The translations under genes and the position numbers were made by a program. The notes beneath the pieces are model-generated. The model worked only from the letters and a program-made list of their open reading frames with translations. It had not been told where the DNA came from and ran no database searches. From positions 1 through 24,937 of IMG/VR virus record IMGVR_UViG_3300025652_000505: a stretch of DNA of 24,937 bases. One strand, 5' to 3'. Shown piece by piece: positions 15,874 to 23,669 of this stretch (within the stretch, counting starts at the first letter, position 1; every line of letters starts with the position of its first letter). The DNA comes from a virus (Duplodnaviria; Caudoviricetes).

Positions 15874-16570
15874 ATTTTTTATATAAATCTGTTAAGTATC
15901 TTGTTTGATCTTTAGCATTTGAGTAATGTTCTAAGTAATGCTTTTTGTTTATTTTTTCTATTATTTTATAGTCTAGTCCTTTAAACTGATAATCTAATGT
16001 TTTTAATATCCTGCTTATGTTTGCTGAGTAAGAATTAAATTTCTCGTTTTTATTAGTTGATAATATTTTAATGCAATTATATATTCTACAAGCCCTAGAT
16101 GTATCTGACACAAAATCGTTTTCTTTTAGTTTTGTTAAAATATTGTTTTGTAATCCTGTTAGTAATAGCGTTAAAATGTTTGTTTTACTAAATTTCTTTT
16201 TAGAGTCAATATGCCAATCATTACATATTTCTAATGCTTGTATGCATTCTTTGTTTCCTGTCGCAGCGTTACGTTGTGCAAAATCAAATGCCGTCCACTT
16301 TTTACTAATTTGTAAATCATGTATATTCTCTTCTTTAAAATTCTTGACTACAAAATACTCAATAGCTATGCCTAATTCTTTAGCGACTTGTAACCTGTGC
16401 TGACCGTCTATAATTCCATGCTTATAGTTTACCATTATAGGTGTTTGTAATCCGATTGATTCTACAGACTCTTTGATTCTTTTAACGTTTTTAGGATCTA
16501 GTTGTCTGTTGCCAATAATTTTTGTAAATAGATTGTAGTTTAAAGTTCTTTTAATTTCTTGTTGTTTCAT
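15863..16570 (-). CDS. ParB/Srx-like domain protein
   Basis: GNR, PIMVN and IIDGQHRL motifs. Confidence 0.75.
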   Translation of the reverse strand: MKQQEIKRTLNYNLFTKIIGNRQLDPKNVKRIKESVESIGLQTPIMVNYKHGIIDGQHRLQVAKELGIAIEYFVVKNFKEENIHDLQISKKWTAFDFAQRNAATGNKECIQALEICNDWHIDSKKKFSKTNILTLLLTGLQNNILTKLKENDFVSDTSRACRIYNCIKILSTNKNEKFNSYSANISRILKTLDYQFKGLDYKIIEKINKKHYLEHYSNAKDQTRYLTDLYKKYAK

Positions 16571-16576
16571 GTTTAT

Positions 16577-17290
16577 TTAGTTTGTCCTAAGTTTTAGGAG
16601 GTTATAGCATTCGGAGTACTTCTCTTTTGCCTTACTTTTGTATTTCTCTTTAAATAGTTTGTATAGCTGTTTTCTGTATTGATACTCTGTTTCGCAGTCT
16701 GCGTAATACTTTTCGCAAAACCTCTTGCCTTTACCTTTAAAGTAATTGACGTTATCTGAGGCGTCCCCTGCTATCATCTGCTCGTAGAAATTGTACATCG
16801 CCTGTTCTTCTGATATGTCGTAGATCTCTCTATGTTTGTAATGGTAGTTATATAAGAGGCAAGGAAACTGTCTGTAATCTTTATCTATACTTACTATCAT
16901 TACGTTGTTTCGACCGATCTCTTCGCTTAATTTTTTCCAAAACCTAGCTACCATATCGTCTGTTTCTACGCCGTACCCAACGATACTGTCGTATTGACTC
17001 TTAACGTAGTCGTGCATTTCAAATAATAAAGGTGGCTTTTCGTACTGAGTTCTGTTTTCTTTGTATTGATCGCCTATGTACTTTCTAAAGTTGCCTCTAG
17101 ATCCGTTAAATGTTATAACCTTTTCAATCTCGTACATCTCTTCTAGCGAATTAACGATTGCCATAAACTGTTCGTCGAATTTATTACGAGCTTCGGATAT
17201 ATCTGTTTGATGGTAAGTGTCGTCTGGCGTCTCTCTTTTTTTACAACAACTAGCATAAACTAAACTGTCGGCATCTACTAATAATATCAT
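16577..17290 (-). CDS. 5'-3' exonuclease / flap nuclease (T7 gp6 / T5 D15-like)
   Basis: LLVDADS, NFRK...YKENR, ETDD, SIDKD and the H3TH motif GDASDNV..FKGKG. Confidence 0.88.
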   Translation of the reverse strand: MILLVDADSLVYASCCKKRETPDDTYHQTDISEARNKFDEQFMAIVNSLEEMYEIEKVITFNGSRGNFRKYIGDQYKENRTQYEKPPLLFEMHDYVKSQYDSIVGYGVETDDMVARFWKKLSEEIGRNNVMIVSIDKDYRQFPCLLYNYHYKHREIYDISEEQAMYNFYEQMIAGDASDNVNYFKGKGKRFCEKYYADCETEYQYRKQLYKLFKEKYKSKAKEKYSECYNLLKLRTN

Positions 17291-17568
17291 AGCTCCTCTA
17301 GTTCTGTTTTGATTAGATCTAAATACATCTTTTGCATTTTAGCGTTTTCTTTTACTACTTGATTAATAATAAAAGGCAGATCCTTAAATAATTGATCTGT
17401 GTTATATACTAGCCATTCGTCATCTCCGTAGCCTATATGCATCTCGCCGTCGCTACATTGTAGGTGGTGCGTCTCGTGAATGTAGGTGTGTTTTTTGTCT
17501 GCTCGAGCTTCTAGCAGATCGCCTTGTAACTCTGTGATTTTTTGCTGTAGTCGTTCTGTTGATGTCAT
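17287..17568 (-). CDS. Hypothetical protein (93 aa)
   Basis: ORF track. ATGA overlaps at both ends. Confidence 0.7.
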   Translation of the reverse strand: MTSTERLQQKITELQGDLLEARADKKHTYIHETHHLQCSDGEMHIGYGDDEWLVYNTDQLFKDLPFIINQVVKENAKMQKMYLDLIKTELEEL

Positions 17569-17708
17569 CTGTTTATTTTAATGTTTGCAATATTTTTCTG
17601 CTTTGCTTCTATTATCTGATAGTTAATAATGATGTCCGTTATCTGCGGATCTTCTGCTCTTAACTCTTCGATCGTGGTTTTTAGATGTAGTAATTCTTTT
17701 GCCGTCAT
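17565..17708 (-). CDS. Small hypothetical protein (47 aa)
   Basis: MTAKELLHLKTTIEELRAEDPQITDIIINYQIIEAKQKNIANIKINR*. Fills the gap, with an ATGA overlap to the next gene. Confidence 0.65.
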   Translation of the reverse strand: MTAKELLHLKTTIEELRAEDPQITDIIINYQIIEAKQKNIANIKINR

Positions 17709-17710
17709 TA

Positions 17711-17908
17711 TTAATATTCTTTTCCTACATAAGACTTAACGCTTTCATGATCTAGCTTTTTTTCTAACGTCACTACGTTATGCTCGACCATAAATTTAAA
17801 AGTATCGGTATCTCTGTAATAATTAGTTAAGGATCTAGCTGTAATAGCTATGCCTAATAAAGTTCCGTACTCTTTCATTGAAATTGTAACTTGTGTTGGT
17901 TCTGTCAT
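17711..17908 (-). CDS. Hypothetical protein (65 aa)
   Basis: ORF track. First gene after the promoter at 17935-17966. Confidence 0.65.
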   Translation of the reverse strand: MTEPTQVTISMKEYGTLLGIAITARSLTNYYRDTDTFKFMVEHNVVTLEKKLDHESVKSYVGKEY

Positions 17909-17934
17909 TTGTTCTATTTTTTTAGATTAAGTAG

Positions 17935-17978
17935 CTAATATAATATAAAAAATGTTATAATACAAAAAATTCAATAAC
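17935..17978 (-). promoter_or_regulatory. Bacteroidota-type promoter overlapped by an inverted repeat
   Basis: TTTG (17966-17963)-N20-TATATTAG (17942-17935), with GTTAT-N15-ATAAC at 17954-17978. Near copy of 10173-10216. Confidence 0.65.
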
Positions 17979-18187
17979 TATTTGCCATTATTCCATATTA
18001 CGTTTAGATCCGCTATCCATCTATTGATAATTTTTGGGTTGCAGGTACAGGGTTTGTAAAAACTATGCTTGTGATATTTTGCGTGTAAGTCGCATACCAA
18101 ATCAAATTCGGTTGAGCTGATAACGTCCTTTGTTCCTTGTCGAAATATTGTCCAATCTTCATAATCTACTTTTTTAAATTTTACCAT
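17978..18187 (-). CDS. Hypothetical protein with CxC motif (69 aa)
   Basis: ORF track. Contains KPCTCNP. Confidence 0.7.
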   Translation of the reverse strand: MVKFKKVDYEDWTIFRQGTKDVISSTEFDLVCDLHAKYHKHSFYKPCTCNPKIINRWIADLNVIWNNGK

Positions 18188-18327
18188 CTTTTTATTTTTA
18201 AATTGTTTAGTTTTTTTCTACGCTTGTCGCAGTTACATTTCGTGCCTTTAAATGCATGATACGTTTCTACTAAGTATTTAATGCCTGTGTATTTTGTTAT
18301 GTAATGTATTATGTCTCCTAGTTTCAT
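18181..18327 (-). CDS. Small basic CxC protein (48 aa)
   Basis: MKLGDIIHYITKYTGIKYLVETYHAFKGTKCNCDKRRKKLNNLKIKRW*. ATGA overlap with the upstream nuclease gene. Confidence 0.7.
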   Translation of the reverse strand: MKLGDIIHYITKYTGIKYLVETYHAFKGTKCNCDKRRKKLNNLKIKRW

Positions 18328-18749
18328 AGTGTTTTATATTTATATAATAATTCCTTTTTAATTAGATATGCCTTTTTAGATTTTGTGTCTCCTTTACCAG
18401 TAAATGTTGCATATTTTAATTTATTATGTAGTATGCATTTCTTAATGTTATTTACTAGAAACCAATTATATATGTTGCCGTCATATATAACCCACCACTT
18501 AGCTTTAGATGTAGTTAATGCGGATGGTTTATTGTTAAATTCTACTTCGATAACTATATTATTAGTGTATAAGCTCTTCTGATCAGACTTAACCTCAATG
18601 CCACAATTTAATTCGGGAACGAATATGTCCCATTCTTTGCAGTAACCGTCGATCATGTAAGCCTTTGGATATTTTCTTTTAATTTTATCTAATACATAAG
18701 ACTCGTAAACCTTACCTGCCTCTAGATCTCTTTTAAATGAATTAATCAT
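18324..18749 (-). CDS. PD-(D/E)XK nuclease-family protein
   Basis: G..YE, WDIF, IEVKSD and NIVIE catalytic pattern. Confidence 0.7.
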   Translation of the reverse strand: MINSFKRDLEAGKVYESYVLDKIKRKYPKAYMIDGYCKEWDIFVPELNCGIEVKSDQKSLYTNNIVIEVEFNNKPSALTTSKAKWWVIYDGNIYNWFLVNNIKKCILHNKLKYATFTGKGDTKSKKAYLIKKELLYKYKTL

Positions 18750-19243
18750 AGCTCTTTTTTTAGTTTGTCCTTTACTTTTTTATATGTAAAATACAGAGCG
18801 TAGTAACTAATCTTTGATTGCCTTGAAAATTCTGCTATTTTTTCGCCTCCGTTTATTATCTCAAATACTCTGCGTTCGTACCAGTGCATTTTTTTAAGCT
18901 CGTCTGTAACCCTTTCGTATGCCTCAGCATAGTCTACGTCGTTGTAAATGTAATTAGCGTCTCCGTCCTCCTCTAAATGATCATCTAGCGATATTATGTG
19001 AACGTTCTTGCCCTTACGTTTTAAGTCTATAAATAATGTTTTGAGCGTTTTAAAGATGTAATAGTAATTTATTTCGTCTTTAAACATGATGTCTAGAATG
19101 CCCTTTTCTAGTTGTAATTGGATTTTAATATACATCTCTTGAGTAATGTCTTCGGCTATTCTTTTTGTGCAACCGAAAGTCTGCACTATCTCAACCCATG
19201 TGTCGTGTTTTTTTGCTATTAAAATCAATTTTTCTCTAATCAT
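18746..19243 (-). CDS. Phage-encoded ECF-like sigma factor
   Basis: Region 2-like AEDITQEMYIK...FIDLKRK and region 4 HTH (LKKMHWYERRVFE...IAEFSRQSKISYYAL). 165 aa. Confidence 0.75.
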   Translation of the reverse strand: MIREKLILIAKKHDTWVEIVQTFGCTKRIAEDITQEMYIKIQLQLEKGILDIMFKDEINYYYIFKTLKTLFIDLKRKGKNVHIISLDDHLEEDGDANYIYNDVDYAEAYERVTDELKKMHWYERRVFEIINGGEKIAEFSRQSKISYYALYFTYKKVKDKLKKEL

Positions 19244-20081
19244 GTCTCTTTAAAGGATCGTAAATGTCGCCAACTATAACTGGCAATCCTATGTCGTTTA
19301 CTTGAAAACTAAATGTCTCGAAAGCGTAGCCTCTGCTTCTGCCACATAAAACCGTAACCCAGTTTTTATTGACCGTATTAGCCTCTAGCTGTATTACTGT
19401 CTCTGCCTTCTTTTCTAAGAAGCTCCCTAGATGTCCTGTGCCTAATTTAGTAGATCCGAAGTTTTGATGGATGACGTTTATTATATGGCAATTAAAGTTT
19501 GCCGACCATTCCATTAACTTTTGCACTACTGCGTTAGACTCTTCGAGATTATTGACGTCGCTAACTAGATCCGCTATGCCGTCTATAATAACCAGAGACG
19601 GCTTATCTATATTTCGAGATAAAAAGTACTCTATAAACTCGATGCGTCGCTTATATCCGATCGCTCGTAAACCAAAGGTATGATATTTTTTATTATCTAA
19701 CTTTCTGTCCATGTCGTGTAATCGTTTAAATACTTTTTGACAATGCCACAATCCCTGTTCTGTGTCGAAGTGTATTAAATGACCTTCGCCTCTATGTCCT
19801 TTTATGTCTCCTCCATATATATTAGATCCGCTTAAATAAACTGACGCTAATAATGATATAAAAAACGTTTTCTTTGTTTTAGGTGGAGCTGTAACGACTG
19901 ATAAATTGCCGTAAGTGCCTAGTGGTATCGGTAACTCTTTGACTCCGTCCTTTGTATTTATTAATTTTATCCCGTATGATAATGCGACGGGTGGGTATTC
20001 TATTCTTTTTGTTGTATCAACGTGGCAATCTTCTTGTATTACCTGCATTAATAACTCGTGTTCTGTTTCTCTCTCGGTCAT
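19236..20081 (-). CDS. RecA/DnaB-like AAA ATPase (AAA_25-type putative helicase)
   Basis: Variant Walker A APPKTKKT, FDTEQ, Walker B LVIIDG, VIHQN and GHLGS. Confidence 0.75.
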   Translation of the reverse strand: MTERETEHELLMQVIQEDCHVDTTKRIEYPPVALSYGIKLINTKDGVKELPIPLGTYGNLSVVTAPPKTKKTFFISLLASVYLSGSNIYGGDIKGHRGEGHLIHFDTEQGLWHCQKVFKRLHDMDRKLDNKKYHTFGLRAIGYKRRIEFIEYFLSRNIDKPSLVIIDGIADLVSDVNNLEESNAVVQKLMEWSANFNCHIINVIHQNFGSTKLGTGHLGSFLEKKAETVIQLEANTVNKNWVTVLCGRSRGYAFETFSFQVNDIGLPVIVGDIYDPLKRHD

Positions 20082-20097
20082 TATAAATTGTAGATAT

Positions 20098-20131
20098 AAA
20101 AAAGGGTATGAATATTAAACCCATACCCTTT
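20098..20131 (-). terminator. Hairpin / intrinsic terminator after the SSB-like gene
   Basis: Perfect 10 bp inverted repeat AAAGGGTATG (20101-20110) / CATACCCTTT (20122-20131), with a short U tract on the minus strand. Confidence 0.65.
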
Positions 20132-20152
20132 GATTAATTAAAAGGTGGTTTT

Positions 20153-20494
20153 TTAAAACGGCAATCCGTCTTCTTGCAATTTAACAGTACTAGAGCTGAC
20201 CGTTTGCGGTGCAGCCTCCTTTACTACTAATTGAATAGTACCCTCTTTATCTACGTTCTTACCGTTGCCGTTGTCGATCCATACTACTGATCCGTTTCCT
20301 AGTGTTTTTCTAGGCATTTTGGCTTCTCTCTCTTCCTGTGTTTGATTGTCTGTAATCCAGACGTTGTTTTTAAATCTAGTCTCATCGTTTAAAATGATTG
20401 TGAAATTATAGTATACCTTGCCGTCTTTTTCTGCTTGAAATTTGTGATTAGGTAATGCTTTAATGTCGATACTTGCGTTAATAATTGCTCCCAT
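20153..20494 (-). CDS. Putative single-stranded DNA-binding protein
   Basis: Beta-rich 113 aa with the acidic-aromatic tail EDGLPF typical of SSBs. Adjacent to the SSAP. Confidence 0.6.
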   Translation of the reverse strand: MGAIINASIDIKALPNHKFQAEKDGKVYYNFTIILNDETRFKNNVWITDNQTQEEREAKMPRKTLGNGSVVWIDNGNGKNVDKEGTIQLVVKEAAPQTVSSSTVKLQEDGLPF

Positions 20495-20497
20495 GTT

Positions 20498-20938
20498 TTA
20501 TTGTTTTTTGATTGTTATTGGTTTCTTAAAATTGTCTGCTTCGTCCTCGCCGAATACTCCTAGTTCGTAAAAGCCTGTAAGTTTTAAAACGGCTCTGCTC
20601 ATGGCTCTTTTCTCTGCCATTTCTACAACGTACCAACTATTACAGTTTCCGTCTTTGTAATTCTCGCCTTTTAATGCTGATCCGAACGTTTCGATTTTTA
20701 TTTCTGCGTCGTTTCCTTTATCAAAATATAGCTTTTTAGCTTTTGCTTTTATTACTGCAAAATTTGATTCGCATTTAATAGCGTCGTATTGAATATCAAT
20801 TTGTTCTACGCCTTGAATTTTGTCAATACCCTGTCGAGTAATAATTGTAAAGCTACTGTTTCCGATGTCTTTTGTAAATATATCTTCTGCCGTTAATTCG
20901 TACTTTAGATATAAAGCTTTGAGTTTGTCTCTGTTCAT
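20498..20938 (-). CDS. Putative single-strand annealing protein (Rad52/Sak/Red-beta superfamily)
   Basis: Helix EMAEKRAMSRAVLKLTG followed by EDE, the pattern of Rad52-like SSAPs. Confidence 0.55.
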   Translation of the reverse strand: MNRDKLKALYLKYELTAEDIFTKDIGNSSFTIITRQGIDKIQGVEQIDIQYDAIKCESNFAVIKAKAKKLYFDKGNDAEIKIETFGSALKGENYKDGNCNSWYVVEMAEKRAMSRAVLKLTGFYELGVFGEDEADNFKKPITIKKQ

Positions 20939-21081
20939 TGTATATTATTTAATTGTTTATTAAAATTCTCTATTTGTGCCTCTAAAAACGATATATGTTT
21001 TTGTAGGGCTTCGACTCTGTATCTATATTCTAGCAATAAAGAGTCTTTGCTTTGATGCGATAGGTTCATTCTTACATCCAT
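20935..21081 (-). CDS. Small coiled-coil protein (48 aa)
   Basis: MDVRMNLSHQSKDSLLLEYRYRVEALQKHISFLEAQIENFNKQLNNIQ*. ATGA overlap with the SSAP gene. Confidence 0.6.
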   Translation of the reverse strand: MDVRMNLSHQSKDSLLLEYRYRVEALQKHISFLEAQIENFNKQLNNIQ

Positions 21082-21227
21082 TCTAGCGTGTCTTTGTAAG
21101 ATTTCTTAGCTTCTAGTTCTTTGTATATTTGCATTTGCGAGAATGCGTCTTTATACCATACTGCGTGAGCTAATTGGACTTCTAACGTAACGATCTCTGA
21201 CTTAACTTGATCTAATTCTGTTTTCAT
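21072..21227 (-). CDS. Small hypothetical protein (51 aa)
   Basis: MKTELDQVKSEIVTLEVQLAHAVWYKDAFSQMQIYKELEAKKSYKDTLEWM*, with leader AAAAAAACAGAACAC. Confidence 0.65.
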   Translation of the reverse strand: MKTELDQVKSEIVTLEVQLAHAVWYKDAFSQMQIYKELEAKKSYKDTLEWM

Positions 21228-21244
21228 GTGTTCTGTTTTTTTAA

Positions 21245-21472
21245 TTAATATTCTTGATTATAATTTGATATTCTTACTAAGTCGTCAAACTCTTTGTTGC
21301 CTATTTGATCATCTATTTGAATGTTCTCTAAAGCCTTAATACAATGCTCTAGTTTTTCTATATCGTCCCAAAATACTTGACCTTTTTGAAATTTAATATT
21401 GCCTAAAGTTGTCTCTAATCGTCTTTTTACTGACTCGACGTTGTCTTCTACTAATAAATTTTGATTTTTCAT
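21245..21472 (-). CDS. Hypothetical protein (75 aa)
   Basis: ORF track. First gene after the terminator and promoter at 21496-21566. Confidence 0.65.
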   Translation of the reverse strand: MKNQNLLVEDNVESVKRRLETTLGNIKFQKGQVFWDDIEKLEHCIKALENIQIDDQIGNKEFDDLVRISNYNQEY

Positions 21473-21495
21473 GTGTTCTATTTATGATTGATATG

Positions 21496-21534
21496 TAAAT
21501 ATAATATAAAAAGTTTAATAAAACCAAATTAAAC
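21496..21534 (-). promoter_or_regulatory. Putative Bacteroidota-type early promoter
   Basis: TTTG (21528-21525)-N21-TATATTTA (21503-21496), with inverted repeat GTTTAAT/ATTAAAC at 21513-21534. Confidence 0.5.
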
Positions 21535-21536
21535 AC

Positions 21537-21566
21537 AAAAAAAAAGAGTAGAAACCACTTCCACTC
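21537..21566 (-). terminator. Rho-independent terminator after ninG
   Basis: Minus strand GAGTGGAA-GTGGT-TTCTACTC followed by nine T. Confidence 0.75.
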
Positions 21567-21603
21567 CTCTTTTATAATAAACAGAACCCTCAAATATAAT
21601 GTA

Positions 21604-21993
21604 TTACATTGTAACAACAAAACTTTTATAATGTTTTATCATCTCCTGTAATTCGACTGTAGATATTTTAACTGTTTTTTTAGCTTTTATATATAGATCG
21701 TTAGACGTTCCTAAGCCATACTTAATGTCAAGGTTCTGACCAAAGATAAACTGCTCTCCGTATTTAAATACATTACATCCTGCGCATTGTACTTGGCAGT
21801 TAGTCTCATCCCATCTAGTTGAATAGTGTTTACGGCTTTGAAAGTGTCCGTTTTGTAGTCTTTTCCAGTGATCTCGTTTACCGCAAGTAAAACATGTGGC
21901 TATCTCATTAACTGCATCTCTTTGCCTTATATATTGACTAAAAACTGCGTCTAATTGTTTTATAACTTTGCTTCTGGAAGGTTTTTTTGCCAT
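21604..21993 (-). CDS. ninG: NinG/Rap-like HNH recombination endonuclease
   Basis: LDAVFSQYIRQRD, CFTCG, GHFQSR and TRWDETNCQVQCAGCN. Confidence 0.85.
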   Translation of the reverse strand: MAKKPSRSKVIKQLDAVFSQYIRQRDAVNEIATCFTCGKRDHWKRLQNGHFQSRKHYSTRWDETNCQVQCAGCNVFKYGEQFIFGQNLDIKYGLGTSNDLYIKAKKTVKISTVELQEMIKHYKSFVVTM

Positions 21994-22119
21994 GCATATT
22001 TATAGGTAAACAGATAAATGTACAATAATAAATTAGGATATTCTAAAAAAAAGTAATAAATTTAAATTTTTTCTAAAATTCTTAGTAAAATTCTTTTAAA
22101 AATATATAGATAAAAGTAA

Positions 22120-22142
22120 TATAAACGGCAGTCTTATGCCGC
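22120..22142 (-). terminator. Possible terminator after the holin gene
   Basis: Minus strand GCGGCA-TAAGAC-TGCCGT-TTAT right after the stop codon. The U tract is weak. Confidence 0.45.
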
Positions 22143-22143
22143 A

Positions 22144-22581
22144 CTACTTGCCGATCGCTTTGAACTTCTCAACTCCTCTAGATCCGAAATAAGCTACATA
22201 AACCGTAATAAGAAGAGATTTAAGTAAATCGATCCATTCCTCAGAAACTCCAAAATCAATATTTAAAGAGTCTAAGACTATTAAAAAAACCATAGATATT
22301 GTAAGAAACAATAAAGCTAAAGGTCTTGTATTTTTAGAAAGCCAACTATCTGATTTCATGTCAGAATCCCAACGCTTAGAGATTTCCTGCATTTCAGCAA
22401 TATCTATATCTAAGAGTTTTAAAGCCGTTTCTTTGTCTTTAGGAGTTAGTTTACTATCGTCAGTAATTAAGCCTCTTAGAACGCCTAAATAACCGCTCTT
22501 GGGCAAAGCTTCGCCTATCGCAGATCCCGCTTTAATTAAGAACTTGCCAACTTTAGTTTCTGAGAACTTCTTTTTAGACAT
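22144..22581 (-). CDS. Putative holin (GTA 3TM-holin-like)
   Basis: SDSWLSKNTRP followed by two hydrophobic helices and YFGSRG. Lysis-module context. Confidence 0.7.
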   Translation of the reverse strand: MSKKKFSETKVGKFLIKAGSAIGEALPKSGYLGVLRGLITDDSKLTPKDKETALKLLDIDIAEMQEISKRWDSDMKSDSWLSKNTRPLALLFLTISMVFLIVLDSLNIDFGVSEEWIDLLKSLLITVYVAYFGSRGVEKFKAIGK

Positions 22582-22736
22582 TATTTTTTATTGTTTTTAT
22601 TTAATAGAATCCATTTGTGGATTGTATAGCCGATGGTTACGCCAACCAGTATGATTTTTAATACGACGTCTATGTTAGTCAATGATATTGTAAAGGTGCT
22701 TGCGTTAATAAATAAAGTTTGGTAATCTGTTTTCAT
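22581..22736 (-). CDS. Small membrane protein, possible holin/antiholin (51 aa)
   Basis: MKTDYQTLFINASTFTISLTNIDVVLKIILVGVTIGYTIHKWILLNKNNKK*. ATGA and TAATG overlaps with its neighbours. Confidence 0.7.
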   Translation of the reverse strand: MKTDYQTLFINASTFTISLTNIDVVLKIILVGVTIGYTIHKWILLNKNNKK

Positions 22737-23197
22737 TTTTTGTCGATTTGTTGGAGCTTTTTAGCTGCCCAATTTATGCCTGACGTACCACCCCATCCTA
22801 ACCAAGCTACATAACCTGCGTCTTTCCATGGAGTGTCTTTGTTCTCAGCACCTACTTCTGCGTTTTTTTGATGTCTTTTAAACGCCGACATCCTAGCGAT
22901 CGTCTCACGACTTATGTTCTCTTTTTTAGCTAATTGATTAGCTCTAGTCCATCCAATTTGTGTCATACCCTTAACTTCGCCTTTGTGTTTATCTCTCCAA
23001 CGTAAAACCTTCTTAGCGTTATTAGAGGCACTTTGAGGATAGTCATTATAAGTTTCTAGGTTGATCATTTTTCCTTGAAAAGTTCTGTAACAAATAGCTA
23101 TTGCTTGAGACTTATCATGGTATCTCATGACTTGAGGTACGCACCTTATCATAAAATCACTTTGTTTCTCTCCTATTTTCTTATTGGGTATTGGCAT
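22733..23197 (-). CDS. Phage protein of unknown function (154 aa)
   Basis: ORF track. Short MPIP...FMIRC...AIAIC module plus a YNDYP...RANQLA...AWLGWGG domain. Confidence 0.75.
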   Translation of the reverse strand: MPIPNKKIGEKQSDFMIRCVPQVMRYHDKSQAIAICYRTFQGKMINLETYNDYPQSASNNAKKVLRWRDKHKGEVKGMTQIGWTRANQLAKKENISRETIARMSAFKRHQKNAEVGAENKDTPWKDAGYVAWLGWGGTSGINWAAKKLQQIDKK

Positions 23198-23207
23198 TAT
23201 GTTTTAT

Positions 23208-23669
23208 TTAGCAGTTATCGCAATCAGCATAAGTGTAATAAATGCCTTTTCTTATAATTTTTAAAACTTGTTTTCTGTTAGCCTTTTCGCTTATGTAAGA
23301 AACATGAAGCCATCGAGGCTCTGATCCGTATTCCCATATTAACTGGTCAAAATCTAAGTTGTCTTTTATATAATGAAACATCTCAAGATTTGTTTTACCG
23401 CCCATAGACGTAATGTCTATTGCGTTTCCTGTCATGTGGCTAGACGTTTTAGAGCCTCCTATGCCCGTATTTAATTTTAGAGATCTAAACATACTATTTA
23501 TTTTAATCGGAGCACCTACCCATTCCCTAAGAGGTTCAAAGACCTTCTCAGCTACCAGTTCCATGTTTTTAATATGTTCGGCTTTTGGTTTATTAGATAT
23601 ACCATACGACTTTGCGTAATGAGATCCTGTTGCTTCCTTGTAAGAAATATGTTTACTTATTCTCTTCAT
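23208..23669 (-). CDS. Endolysin, peptidase M15A family
   Basis: INSMFRS, the SSHMTGNAID Zn-binding motif and WLHVS. Confidence 0.88.
   Translation of the reverse strand: MKRISKHISYKEATGSHYAKSYGISNKPKAEHIKNMELVAEKVFEPLREWVGAPIKINSMFRSLKLNTGIGGSKTSSHMTGNAIDITSMGGKTNLEMFHYIKDNLDFDQLIWEYGSEPRWLHVSYISEKANRKQVLKIIRKGIYYTYADCDNC

Noticed and set aside
13670-18749. Type II restriction-modification pair (MTase plus PD-(D/E)XK nuclease)
   Set aside because: The genes are 4 kb apart in different modules, with a promoter between them. Nothing links them.
21393-21620. 75 aa minus-strand ORF with a hydrophobic stretch
   Set aside because: The Phe/Leu run is the terminator U tract and AT-rich promoter, and the ORF overlaps both neighbouring genes.
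789-23619. All plus-strand ORFs in the track (e.g. 789-1115, 2805-3062, 3477-3803, 16071-16403)
   Set aside because: They lie antisense to well-supported minus-strand genes, have the Ser/Phe/Leu-rich composition of shadow frames and show no motifs.
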